Shown here piece after piece: positions 54,601 through 63,771 of a DNA stretch of 64,000 bases (the stretch's first letter is position 1; each line of letters begins with the position of its first letter). The translations under genes and the position numbers were made by a program. Below the pieces are notes generated by a model. It was not told the origin of the DNA and did not search any database. It saw only the letters and a list, made by a program, of their open reading frames with translations. This DNA is from Candidatus Kerfeldbacteria bacterium (GTDB taxonomy: Bacteria; Patescibacteriota; Patescibacteriia; JACPL01), in the NCBI GenBank assembly GCA_016182525.1, contig JACPGL010000029.1:22997-86996 (forward strand), read 5' to 3'.

Positions 54601-57600
54601 CACCAGAACTTGTGTAGTATGAGGAGTAACTAGAATAGGTGACTCCATCCGATGAGGTGGCAAACCGAAATTTCACATCAGTGCCAGAGGGTTCAGTCGT
54701 TGTAAAATTAAGCGTGCTCCATCCAACTGTGATGCCGGCATCAAAATCGTATGTCCATGTGCCATTGAGCAAGCTCGCGGCAACGGTGACATCTTCCACT
54801 TGCGGATTTTGGGATGCGCTCGTGGTGGAAAGATCAATACGGTACTGCATATACCGATGCCCGTCGGTCATACAACTGTTTGTTGTCATGTCCGTGCCGC
54901 TGGAAATGCCGCTGCACGACGCCCAATCGGTTGCTCCGCTCATGTCCGAATTGTTGGACGACCGCACTTTCACGGTAATGGTTTGGGAATTCGCGGTTGA
55001 ATTAAACGTAATATTCCCCCACGTGGAATTGGTTGTGCCAAAATCTTTGATGGTTGAAACCAACGAACCAGACGGCGCAACACCCGGATAGAACCGTGTG
55101 ACACCTTCAGATGTGCCCAGCACAAGATCCGCAACATTTCCGGACGCAATAGCCCCTTGGATCGCGGTCATATCGTTATCCACCATATTCGGTGTCGAAC
55201 TTGACTCGCGCCAACTATCGCCCTGAACCGCGTTCGCGCTATTCACGCTATTCAATTGGGTAAGCGAACCATCATCAGCGCCGCCGGCATTGGTTGCCAC
55301 CCATGCTCGCGTTCCATCACTTGTGGGAAAAACTGCCGACACATTATCAATTGTTCCTTCCAAGGTGTGATAGCGGAACAGGGGTCCATTTGTCAGTGTT
55401 CCGTTATTTGATTTTGTTCCGGAATCTGTCGCCGTTGTGCCCGACCCATCATTGAAGTGCAACAACAATCCTTTTGTCGCACTGCCCGGGAAACTAAACT
55501 CTGCGCCTGGCACGGTAAAAGACGCGCCAGAATGTTCCGCCGTGTCGGAAATCAAGAGCTCATCAATCGTGCCGTTGAAGAAGGCTTCTTCTCCATTGTG
55601 GTCTGCGCGGCCAATATACAGTGCTTGTTCCGATGGATCCGGCAATGCCGAAATCGTGCGTGTGGCCTGACGCGTGCCATCAATATACAAGCTGGCGGTC
55701 GATCCATTAAAGACCAGTGACACCAAATACCACTGATCCGCAGTCCAGGATGTTGTTGTCGATTGCAATGTCACCGCATTCCCGACGGACCGAACGTCTC
55801 CAACGCTCGTTAGCCCCTGGCCAACATACAGCTCCCCTTGGAACGACCCTAGGCGATTAAATTCCGCATACGTGGACAGACTTGCCGTTGCTTCTTCCCA
55901 TTCGCTCTGATCATCACAGTACTCGGTGTTGCCAGCACGCTCGGCATAGCAGGCAAAGAGCTGCTCACGATCCTCATCATTCATATACAGCTTATCCTGA
56001 AAAACGAATAAGTCATTCACGGTGTTCTTCGTTCCGGGATAGACGAGCGTCCATTCGTTCGCATTATCACATGCCGTGGTTGTGCCGCCTACGCTCGGGT
56101 CGCACATGTACACATCATTATCCCCACCAGCAGTACTTCCGAAACCAGCGTACAGGCGACCGCGGAACGTCGCTAAGGCGTTGACCGTTTCATATTCCAC
56201 CCCATCCCACACCGTGGACCAGTCGCCGGAGTCGCACAGTGTCGCACTACCGGTTGCAGACGGATTGCACATCAATACATCGCCATCTCCAGCTCCACTC
56301 CCCATGCCTGCGTATAACCGACTATTGAAGACCTCGAGGGAATTAAAAAGTTCCTGTGAGCCATTGTAAGATGTCGACCAGTCGCCGGAGTCGCAAAAAT
56401 CTGTCGCACCGGTTGTCGTTGGATCACACACTATAACATCGCCATCACCTGCTGAACTTCCTGATAAACCGGCATAGAGATAGCCATTCATCTCCTCAAA
56501 GACAATCGCATTTTCTGCAAGCGACGAATTATACACAAGAGAGAAATCTCCAGACTCACACGTTGTTGCTCCACCGGTTAGATCCACATCACATCCGGCA
56601 ATATCCCCTTCTGCACTTCCATCTCCCATCCCGCCATACAGATTTCCCTTAAACTCTTTTGCCGAATACACCCCATTGTAGACGGTTGACAATGTATAAA
56701 TGCTGGAGAAGTCAGCCGTTTCACAGGTATCCGCGTCGCCGTTGCCGCTCGGATTACACATAATGATTTCTCCGGTTCCCGTGTTTACCTCCACGCCGGT
56801 ATACAACCGGTCGTTAAAGTTGACCGATTCCCATGTCTGATCATTTGACCCATCATAGGCGGTGGGGTTGCTCATTTTCATCACATTCGCTCCTCCGTTG
56901 GTACCTGTTCCAGACGTGACAATCAAATTTCCTTGGTAGGTTCCCATGTCTCCCCATGTACTGGTGTCGGTATTGACCACCGTTGTCCACTCCCCAGTAA
57001 GACAGATGGTATCGGCACCTGGTGTACACTCATACACATCACCTTCGCCTCCTGAACCTCCGCCTGATGCATACACTTTTCCGTTAATCGTTTCCATATC
57101 ACGGACATAATCATCAGCGGAATTATCGTATGACGAAGCCCAGTCCGCATCTTCGCACACTGTTGACCCACCAGAAGTTGCCGGGTTACACGCGATAAGA
57201 TCTCCGTCCCCCGCACTCGTATCACCAAAGCCAGCATACAGAGCTGTGCTCGTTGCAAAGAGCACGCGAATACTTTCATACGACGACGTATTGACCGGCG
57301 TGGTATTCGCTCCATCCCACGCGCGAATATCCGAACTGTTCACAAACCAGATATCAGCATCGCTACTTGTCGCCGTTCCTTGCGTCGTAAAGTACACAAA
57401 GGTATCCGCGCCGGAGGTGAAGGTTGTCAGACCACGCGTTGAGAGATAGTTATCAAAATCCAGGTACACGACCCAATCAGTGCTGGTACATTCGTTATCC
57501 CCGCCGGGTGTACACTTTAACAAATCAGCACTGCCGGCGGTTCCTTCTGTGGTCATGTAAAGCTCACTATTATAGGCCGCAAAACTTGTGACGCTTCCTT

Positions 57601-60496
57601 GATTGCTTGTATTCGCATACGCGCTGGTAAAGTCCAATGCATTGTCGCAAAGACTTGCGTTTCCTGCTGTCGCTGGATTACAGATCGTAACATCCGCATC
57701 GCCCGCGCTCGATCCCATCCCGATATACATGCGACTATTAAACACTTCGATATTACGAGCGGATTCATACGATGCGCCCGCATCATAGGCAGCCGTAAAA
57801 TCTCCATTCGCATCACAAATGTCCGCATTTCCATTTGATGATTGCGTACAATAGAACAGTTCGGCTTCTCCCGCTTCTCCACCAAACGAAACGTACATGG
57901 TGCTGTTCAGCGTCGTAAAATCCGTGACGTAGTTAAAATTTGTCGCGGCGACGCTCGTATCATAGGCAATCGCCCAATCCCCGGAATCGCATGTTGTTGC
58001 CCCGCCTGTTGTCGCGGGGTTGCAATAATACACATCCCCATCGCCCGAGGAGTTCCCGGTCCCAGCATACAGATAACTGTTAAAAACATACAGCGATGAA
58101 ACAAACTCATACGCCGAACCTGGGGCATACGATAACGACCAATCCAGGGGTGAGTCACACTTTGCGGTCGAGGCGCCACCCGCTGCTGGATCGCACACCC
58201 AAATTTGCCCGTCCCCCGCGATGCCCTGCGTCCCGACATACAATTTTGAATTGAACGTCGCCGCCGCGCCTTCGGCCATAAATGCATCAAAACCCGTATC
58301 ACGCACTTTTGTCCAATCACCAAAGTTATCGCATCTCGTTGCTCCCCCGATCGTCGCCGGATCGCAGATAAAAAGATCACCGTCGCCATCACCGGTTCCA
58401 CCGCCGGCGTACAGATAGCCGTTAAAGACGGTTAAGCCCTCGAATCGCTCATAGTTCGCGCCTGTATCGTCGTAGGAAATATGGATGTTGCCGAGATCAA
58501 AGATATCGGCTTCCCCCGCGGCCGCGCCGACGCCCGCATACACGCGACTATTGAAAACTTCAATATTCTCGATCCCGTTCGTTGCGTCGTAACGGAAATA
58601 GGTGCGCCAGTCGGCGCTTTCACAAACATTCGTATCCCCGCTTGCTTGGGGATAGCAATACCACAAGTCCGCCAAATCCTCGACTGACGCATACAGATAC
58701 GTTCCATCCTGCGCAAGGTCGGTGACACGATTTTCCAACGTATTCAGTGAGATGGTCCAGTCGCCAGAGTCGCAAAACGTCGCGCCTCCTGAATCTGCAG
58801 GGTCGCAGACATAGACATACCCATCCGTCACATTGCCTCCTGTTCCAATATACAAGCGACTGTTAAAAACGATCAGCTCATCAATATATTGCGTGCCGGT
58901 TGTCAGCACAGTTGTCCAATTATCGCCGTCAAACGCTAACACCGAGCCATCCCCTTGGCTCGTCCCGACTCCAATATAGAGGACATCGTTAAATTCCACA
59001 ACGCCATTGACGTGATCAGTGGTGCCTGTCAGGGATCCCCACAAACCCACAGTGCTCGCTGTTGAAGCGCCGGCGCCAAGCGGACCTTGATCGCCGAACT
59101 CAAAATTCAGTTTTCCGGTCTGATGGTCAAAATACGCTTGGAATTGCTCGCCTTTCGAAAGAAGCGGCGCATCTTTGGCTTGGGAATCGGCAGAAAAAGC
59201 ACTTGGGAACTTCACATACATGTCAACCGTAAAGCTCGCGGTCAAATCCATGTCATCGTCGTCGCTCACTTTGACATAGTCATCGGTGCCGTCGAATTTC
59301 AATGCGCTTTTAAACCCGGTTGAAGCGTAACCGGAGTTGCCGGCCGTGGCTTCGTTGACATAATGTCGCACCGTTCCCGAAGCTTGGGTGGAATGTTCCT
59401 GAAGAATGGAAAGTCCTGAATTGGTTCCGACAAAAATCGTATTGGACGTTGCTTGCGCCGTTGAAGTATTGACCGTGGCTTCAAGCGAATTGATGGTATT
59501 GGAAAGAATCGCCGGAGTGGTTGCCGTGGTATAGTTCACGGTTTCCGTAAATCCCGCGCCTAAACCTGAAACATTATCCTTTCGCTGCAGCTTCGCGGTT
59601 GTTGAACCGTAATAATAGAGTTCATTGTCGGTTGTGACTCGAACAAGGGAATACGAACTTGTTTCCGAAGAATTTTTGCTTGTTGCGGCGGTTTCATTGA
59701 CGACCGTCACGCCACCCGCTGTTGCCACGGCAAGATAGGTGCTTCCGGAAATGACCGCGCCCCACAGGTCGTTGACGTTATTGTTCACAATGGCAGGGGA
59801 TGTGGACGAGAGATAGGTGGCTGAACCCACCGAGGTGTTTCCACTAATGTTGTTAATCACATACTTGAACACCCCGCCATCGCCGTCGCCGGCATACACA
59901 TTGGTGGCATCGGCATAGACAGCGGTAAATCCGTTTGCGAGCGAAACGTATCCTTTGGACGTGTTTGTGGATTTGGTGATCACGTCCAGCCCACCGGCTG
60001 TTGCAATAAACAAATACGTGCCATTGTCAAAAACGTCATTGATGACATTCGAGCCCGTATTCAATCCTGACCCGTTCGTAAAATTCTGCGCCACTTCGGC
60101 TTTGAGTTTTGTTTCGGTGGTGGGGTTAATGGCGTAATCAGCCGACGTGTAGTTGTTACTCCCCCAATTCGTATCAACAAATTGGTTATTTGTGGTTGAG
60201 AGCACCAAATCTGTGCCGGTTTTTACGGTATTTGACTTTGTGGCAGCAGCATTATCCCAATCCACATCTGTTGGAACTGTCAAGGTAAGGGTTGCCGCAG
60301 TAATGCGCTGATACGAAACCATTCCCGCCAAAATCAAAACAGCAAGAATCGGAAGAGCGATCGCTCGGTGCTCGCGGAAAAATGATCCAAGGTGCGCTAT
60401 TCTCAGGCGAAACGGTTTCGCTTGCGCACGGGTAAGCTTCAGATCCTCCTTATGATGATGCGGTATGGTTGTTTTTCTTTTCCTCCGTTTGGCCAA
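51668..60496 (-). CDS. Giant (~2,940 aa) surface protein/adhesin: N-terminal TM, nested split domains, split LamG, 21 propeller blades, 7 FN3-like repeats
   Basis: Uninterrupted ORF 51668-60589. TM IALPILAVLILAGMV; LamG halves ALKFDGTDDYV... and ...WYLVSLVFNG..LYIDG..FNGTIDEL; FN3 repeats (TIAWTTDE...Y.YRVRS.D..GN). TTG 60496 chosen because it lies downstream of the TGTTATAAT promoter. Confidence 0.85.
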   Translation of the reverse strand: MAKRRKRKTTIPHHHKEDLKLTRAQAKPFRLRIAHLGSFFREHRAIALPILAVLILAGMVSYQRITAATLTLTVPTDVDWDNAAATKSNTVKTGTDLVLSTTNNQFVDTNWGSNNYTSADYAINPTTETKLKAEVAQNFTNGSGLNTGSNVINDVFDNGTYLFIATAGGLDVITKSTNTSKGYVSLANGFTAVYADATNVYAGDGDGGVFKYVINNISGNTSVGSATYLSSTSPAIVNNNVNDLWGAVISGSTYLAVATAGGVTVVNETAATSKNSSETSSYSLVRVTTDNELYYYGSTTAKLQRKDNVSGLGAGFTETVNYTTATTPAILSNTINSLEATVNTSTAQATSNTIFVGTNSGLSILQEHSTQASGTVRHYVNEATAGNSGYASTGFKSALKFDGTDDYVKVSDDDDMDLTASFTVDMYVKFPSAFSADSQAKDAPLLSKGEQFQAYFDHQTGKLNFEFGDQGPLGAGASTASTVGLWGSLTGTTDHVNGVVEFNDVLYIGVGTSQGDGSVLAFDGDNWTTVLTTGTQYIDELIVFNSRLYIGTGGNVTDGYVYVCDPADSGGATFCDSGDWTISLNTLENRVTDLAQDGTYLYASVEDLADLWYCYPQASGDTNVCESADWRTYFRYDATNGIENIEVFNSRVYAGVGAAAGEADIFDLGNIHISYDDTGANYERFEGLTVFNGYLYAGGGTGDGDGDLFICDPATIGGATRCDNFGDWTKVRDTGFDAFMAEGAAATFNSKLYVGTQGIAGDGQIWVCDPAAGGASTAKCDSPLDWSLSYAPGSAYEFVSSLYVFNSYLYAGTGNSSGDGDVYYCNPATTGGATTCDSGDWAIAYDTSVAATNFNYVTDFTTLNSTMYVSFGGEAGEAELFYCTQSSNGNADICDANGDFTAAYDAGASYESARNIEVFNSRMYIGMGSSAGDADVTICNPATAGNASLCDNALDFTSAYANTSNQGSVTSFAAYNSELYMTTEGTAGSADLLKCTPGGDNECTSTDWVVYLDFDNYLSTRGLTTFTSGADTFVYFTTQGTATSSDADIWFVNSSDIRAWDGANTTPVNTSSYESIRVLFATSTALYAGFGDTSAGDGDLIACNPATSGGSTVCEDADWASSYDNSADDYVRDMETINGKVYASGGGSGGEGDVYECTPGADTICLTGEWTTVVNTDTSTWGDMGTYQGNLIVTSGTGTNGGANVMKMSNPTAYDGSNDQTWESVNFNDRLYTGVEVNTGTGEIIMCNPSGNGDADTCETADFSSIYTLSTVYNGVYSAKEFKGNLYGGMGDGSAEGDIAGCDVDLTGGATTCESGDFSLVYNSSLAENAIVFEEMNGYLYAGLSGSSAGDGDVIVCDPTTTGATDFCDSGDWSTSYNGSQELFNSLEVFNSRLYAGMGSGAGDGDVLMCNPSATGSATLCDSGDWSTVWDGVEYETVNALATFRGRLYAGFGSTAGGDNDVYMCDPSVGGTTTACDNANEWTLVYPGTKNTVNDLFVFQDKLYMNDEDREQLFACYAERAGNTEYCDDQSEWEEATASLSTYAEFNRLGSFQGELYVGQGLTSVGDVRSVGNAVTLQSTTTSWTADQWYLVSLVFNGSTASLYIDGTRQATRTISALPDPSEQALYIGRADHNGEEAFFNGTIDELLISDTAEHSGASFTVPGAEFSFPGSATKGLLLHFNDGSGTTATDSGTKSNNGTLTNGPLFRYHTLEGTIDNVSAVFPTSDGTRAWVATNAGGADDGSLTQLNSVNSANAVQGDSWRESSSTPNMVDNDMTAIQGAIASGNVADLVLGTSEGVTRFYPGVAPSGSLVSTIKDFGTTNSTWGNITFNSTANSQTITVKVRSSNNSDMSGATDWASCSGISSGTDMTTNSCMTDGHRYMQYRIDLSTTSASQNPQVEDVTVAASLLNGTWTYDFDAGITVGWSTLNFTTTEPSGTDVKFRFATSSDGVTYSSYSSYYTSSGASLSGLTSSRYLRIQAYLDSSSDDTSPTLDTFNITYERNLAPVIANLAVVAQTDGTAKVTYEASDQDDTSVTVTLQYSVDGGTTWNTPTTKTGNVGSGVAVTGTAATKTIHWTLSSNFTNSFLDDVVKVKVTLDDGHTLNNTASATSSSFDVDTKTPLAGATSITINSSASTTNSVAVTLTLSSSDDTAIQMTFSNDGTTFGTVVDTNGLVTNSGTWETYTTAKAWRLTAGSDGIRTAYVKYRDTYGNTATTASDTITLDTSANDIVTAVSVADASDAGLDRYSLAATWTPVTSARNPDFGGYVVQRSTDSSTYSNRATLNTITDSGFLDTGLAANSTYYYRIVTQDSAGNNSSPSSVAFGQPGGADAQGPDLSGEAPVAVTTQNSVTIAWTTDESSTSCIEFGTSSDYGTIVCDLEYVLAHQVEIENLQPQTTYSYRVRSTDANGNESIGDEYTFETIESDDDVTAPSVTGDGAIVTPTDSTATVTWVTNEPADSFVEFGDSEEFGTIQGDPTLITNHSVTIIGLTPLKVHYFRVRSTDEAGNLSLGETGTFLTTAPIGSDVPPTISDIGTQSAGVSSNTVIISWVTDAASTSSVVYGTTPANLDQETEDDQLLNVSHFVTLSNLSAATTYYYKVQSVDVYNNETISDVLNFTTSRAAIGNPSVLGLQVSSITLDSAIVSWTTNRIANSRLQYGEDTEYGTVINDESTDFTTQHTVLLDELNNGVTYHVQVIGAEENGSVIASDDYVFSTRTLPTVSGVTLDSVGYDTAKITWSTNVATDSIVEFGEAGLFDQSQGKPDRVTAHEIVLTSLRPKTTYSFRITGTDEFGNRAASGSNTLTTNADTAPPVLTGMKTEVSSLGAGGKVQAIVFWVADEFSTAQVEYSPGVVTGGQYQLRSPKDDTLNRSHTVILPGLLPSTTYHFRALSIDESGNIAQSSDFTLLTPQAAESVLEEVVSSLERTFSWVGEIKHIFFRKE

Positions 60497-60530
60497 GGTT
60501 AGAAAAATAAATAAACTCAAAGCACCATTT

Positions 60531-60539
60531 ATTATAACA
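60531..60539 (-). promoter_or_regulatory. Extended -10 promoter for the giant-protein operon
   Basis: TGTTATAAT. Confidence 0.5.
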
Positions 60540-60571
60540 CAAAATCCCCTTTCATGCGATTGTGGATAAGT

Positions 60572-60654
60572 AACGAAAAAAGAATACACTTTCTCAAGGC
60601 GCTCCAGCGGAGCGAGAGTCTTCGCGACTTGAGAAAGTGTATTCTTTTTTCGTT
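60572..60654. repeat. Long hairpin element (27-bp perfect arms) with a conserved 19-nt core, just downstream of the corA stop codon
   Basis: AACGAAAAAAGAATACACTTTCTCAAG (60572-60598) and its reverse complement at 60628-60654. Loop contains TCCAGCGGAGCGAGAGTCT. Confidence 0.85.
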
Positions 60655-60655
60655 C

Positions 60656-61570
60656 TTAAATCCAATCTCTCTTTCGAAAGACGAGAAGAATCATAAGAAT
60701 AAAGAGAATAGTACCACCAACGATTGCCGGAAAAGCCCAAGCATGTTCGGCAAACGGCAAACCAATGATATTCATCCCATAGACGCTCGAGACAAGCGTA
60801 AGCGGCAAGAACGAAACCGAAATAATGGTCAAAATCTTAATGATCTCGTTCGTGCGTTGCGAAATCAAGGCTTCGTTCGTCTTTTGCAGCGCATCCACAA
60901 TCTCTCGATCATTCTCTAAAATACTCCATGCGCGTTCAAAATGATCATGCACATCATCAAAATACACATCGGATTCTTCGCCCAAAAAAGGTCGATTCAA
61001 ATGAACCAGCGTTCCAATGATACTCCGCACCGGATTCAAGATTCTTCTCGACTTGAGCACAGCGCGTTGCACAATCGCCAACTCGCGAATGACGTTCGTT
61101 TCCCCTTCGTACATACTTTCTTCCACTTCATCAAGATCATCTTTAATCACATCGAGCAGTGGATACAAATCTTTCGAGAACATGTATAACAGGCGATAGA
61201 GTAAGAAGCCCGGTTGACGCCCAAAAAAATCCCGACGAATATCGGGATTGTCCTTGCAGTTAAAAAAAATAGCTTGGAGAGCGGGGAGTGTCTTTTTGTG
61301 CACGGTCACGAGAAACTCTTCGCCGACAAAAATGTTGATCTCTGCCGTGCGCACTCGCCGCGTTTCGGTATCATACGTCGGCAAGTGAATGATCAAAAAG
61401 ATGTAGTCGTCGTACAGGTCGATCTTGGGCGTTTGGGTAATCGACAAGCAATCCTGCAGATCGAGCGTATGCAACCCAAAACGCTTCTGAAGATCATCAG
61501 CGTCTTTTGAGGTGAGATGATCAACATTCACCCATGTCATTGTTTTCTCTTGGATTTCTGACTGCGGCAT
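60656..61570 (-). CDS. corA: CorA family Mg2+ transporter
   Basis: FGLHTLDLQDCL...PKID.YDDY, YFDDVHDH and NEIIKILT...FLPLTLVSSVYGMN (GMN motif). Confidence 0.93.
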   Translation of the reverse strand: MPQSEIQEKTMTWVNVDHLTSKDADDLQKRFGLHTLDLQDCLSITQTPKIDLYDDYIFLIIHLPTYDTETRRVRTAEINIFVGEEFLVTVHKKTLPALQAIFFNCKDNPDIRRDFFGRQPGFLLYRLLYMFSKDLYPLLDVIKDDLDEVEESMYEGETNVIRELAIVQRAVLKSRRILNPVRSIIGTLVHLNRPFLGEESDVYFDDVHDHFERAWSILENDREIVDALQKTNEALISQRTNEIIKILTIISVSFLPLTLVSSVYGMNIIGLPFAEHAWAFPAIVGGTILFILMILLVFRKRDWI

Positions 61571-61591
61571 ACCTCATTCTTTAACCTCCAA

Positions 61592-61651
61592 ACTATATCA
61601 CTCCTCGCATCATCTGGCAACTTGCCAAAGAGCCCATGTATTCAGTATACT
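61592..61651. promoter_or_regulatory. Back-to-back divergent sigma70 promoters
   Basis: Minus strand: TTGCCA-N17-TATAGT (61592-61620). Plus strand: TTGCCA-N18-TATACT (61622-61651). The two -35 boxes form TGGCAAcTTGCCA. Confidence 0.6.
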
Positions 61652-61691
61652 ACGAAGCAGGCCGAGAAGAAATTCACCCGGACGGTAGACT

Positions 61692-62798
61692 ATGGCAATC
61701 TCCATTTCAGCACCCATTATCGAGGAGGAAGAAATTCAAGCTGTAACCCGTGTTCTTCGATCAGGAATGCTTGCCGCCGGTCGGAAGACACAGGAGCTTG
61801 AGCGTTTATTCGCAGATTTCTGTGAAACGAAATATGCCGTTGCTGTTAGTAGTGGAACGGCTGCATTGCATGCGAGCGTTCACGCGCTTGGAATCAGCCA
61901 TGGCGATGAGGTCATTACTTCCCCATTCAGCTTTGCTGCGTCGGCAAATGCAATCCTGATGGAAGGCGCGAATGTCGTCTTCGCCGATATTCGTGAAGAC
62001 GATTTTTGTATTGATCCTCAAAAAATTGAAGCAAAGATCACGAACAAAACCAAAGCCATATTACCTGTCGATCTTTTCGGTCAGCTCGTGGATACTGAAT
62101 GCATCCGGAACATTGCTCGTGGACACACTCTTCGTACTATTGAAGATGCCTGCCAATCGGTTGGAGCCGAGCGCAATGGAATCAAAGCGGGCTCTGTTGG
62201 TGACGTCGGATGTTTTTCGTTCTATGCAACAAAAAATGTTATTAGTGGGGAGGGTGGAATGATCACCACGAATGATGCGGATATTGCTGAACGTTGCCGC
62301 CGCTTCCGTCACCATGGACAATCTGAGCATACGAGGTATGAATACTGGGAGCTCGGGTACAATTATCGCACAACCGACATCTGTGCGGCAATCGCACTCG
62401 AACAACTCAAAAAAATTGAACGTTTTACTACGGCGCGCATCGAAAATGCAAAACATTTAACTGAAGGGCTTCGTGATATCCCGGGGATTATTCTGCCCAC
62501 CATTCATCAGAACTCTACGCACGTCTTTCATCAGTACACTATTCGCGTGACCGAAGAGTGTAAGCGAACACGCGACGAACTTGTGAATCATCTTCGTGCT
62601 CACAATATCGGGGTTGGGATATATTATCCGAAACCTCTCCACCTTCATCCTCACTTTGCGAGACAAGGGTACGAAAAAGGCGACTTTCCTGTGGCCGAAA
62701 AACTTGCGACGGAAGTCTTGTCTCTTCCTGTCCACCCGAGCCTCACAGATCAAGACATCGAGGTTGTTCTAAATACAACACGCGAATATGCGCAATAA
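61692..62798 (+). CDS. DegT/DnrJ/EryC1/StrS aminotransferase (WbpE-like)
   Basis: SSGTAALH, GDEVIT, IEDACQS, SFYATKN...GEGG, GYNYR and YYPKPLH motifs. Confidence 0.92.
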   Translation: MAISISAPIIEEEEIQAVTRVLRSGMLAAGRKTQELERLFADFCETKYAVAVSSGTAALHASVHALGISHGDEVITSPFSFAASANAILMEGANVVFADIREDDFCIDPQKIEAKITNKTKAILPVDLFGQLVDTECIRNIARGHTLRTIEDACQSVGAERNGIKAGSVGDVGCFSFYATKNVISGEGGMITTNDADIAERCRRFRHHGQSEHTRYEYWELGYNYRTTDICAAIALEQLKKIERFTTARIENAKHLTEGLRDIPGIILPTIHQNSTHVFHQYTIRVTEECKRTRDELVNHLRAHNIGVGIYYPKPLHLHPHFARQGYEKGDFPVAEKLATEVLSLPVHPSLTDQDIEVVLNTTREYAQ

Positions 62799-63753
62799 AC
62801 TTCGTTGTGCCGTTATCGGAGTCGGCAACATGGGAAAAAATCATGTGCGAACATACCTTGAGCTCGAGGAGATTCAGCTCGTCGCTGTTGCCGACACAAA
62901 CACTGCGCTTGCACAGGAAAATGTTCGGGGTTCCAGAGTAACCGCGTATTCTGACTACACAGAGATGATTTCGGAGGTGAAGCCTAATGCTGTTTCTATT
63001 TGTGTTCCTACGGCACTCCACTACCAAATTGCAAAGTATTGCCTTGAGAAAAAGATTCACGTCCTGCTTGAAAAACCAATTGCAGAGACTATGAAGGAGG
63101 GCAAAGGGCTCCTGAGCATTGCGAAGTCGCATAAGTGCGTTTTTCTCATTGGTCATATTGAGCGTTTCAACCCATCTATTATCAAAGTGAAAGAGCTGAT
63201 CGATAAAGGAGATCTTGGGAATATCACCGCCATCATCGCACGACGCGTCGGCGGATTCCCTCCACAGATTAAAGATGCGAATATCGCGATTGATCTCGCA
63301 ATTCACGATATCGATATCGTCAATTACCTTCTCGATGATCTTCCTGTTACCATCTCTGTAAACAAACAAAAGAACCACATTGAACAGCGCGAAGATTCGG
63401 TTGAATTCTTCCTTAAATACAAAAAGGCCTCGGCATATATTCAGGCGAACTGGATCACCCCGGTTAAAATACGCAAACTCAATATTACGGGAACGGAAGG
63501 GTATTTAGAAATGGACTATATTACGCAACAAATTGAATTCCAAAAAAGTAACTACAAAAAATTTAGAGAAACAAATGGAGATTTTTCAGACTACGTTCTC
63601 CGTTTTTCTGAACCAGATCGTATTACAATTTCTGTGGCAAAAAGGGAGCCGCTCCGAGAAGAAATTCTCTATTTCTTGGGTATGGTCGAGCGGCGTCAAC
63701 CTATTGATTCACGCTTTGCCATCGAGGCACTAAAGACTGCTCTTCATTCCTAA
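62788..63753 (+). CDS. Gfo/Idh/MocA oxidoreductase (WbpB/WlbA-like UDP-sugar 3-dehydrogenase)
   Basis: GVGNMGKNH, HVLLEKP, GHIERFNP, DLAIHDID and NWITPVKIR motifs. Confidence 0.88.
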   Translation: MRNKLRCAVIGVGNMGKNHVRTYLELEEIQLVAVADTNTALAQENVRGSRVTAYSDYTEMISEVKPNAVSICVPTALHYQIAKYCLEKKIHVLLEKPIAETMKEGKGLLSIAKSHKCVFLIGHIERFNPSIIKVKELIDKGDLGNITAIIARRVGGFPPQIKDANIAIDLAIHDIDIVNYLLDDLPVTISVNKQKNHIEQREDSVEFFLKYKKASAYIQANWITPVKIRKLNITGTEGYLEMDYITQQIEFQKSNYKKFRETNGDFSDYVLRFSEPDRITISVAKREPLREEILYFLGMVERRQPIDSRFAIEALKTALHS

Positions 63754-63771
63754 AATACTCATGAGGGCATT

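Noticed and set aside
55778-59046. Possible CRISPR array or DNA tandem repeat (recurrent CCAGTCGCCGGAGTCGCA)
   Set aside because: The matches are codons for the CDSGDW protein repeat inside a long ORF. There is no constant repeat-spacer period and no cas gene.
60497-60589. N-terminal 31 aa of the 2973-aa ORF call
   Set aside because: This stretch overlaps the hairpin element and the TGTTATAAT promoter, so the true start is probably downstream.
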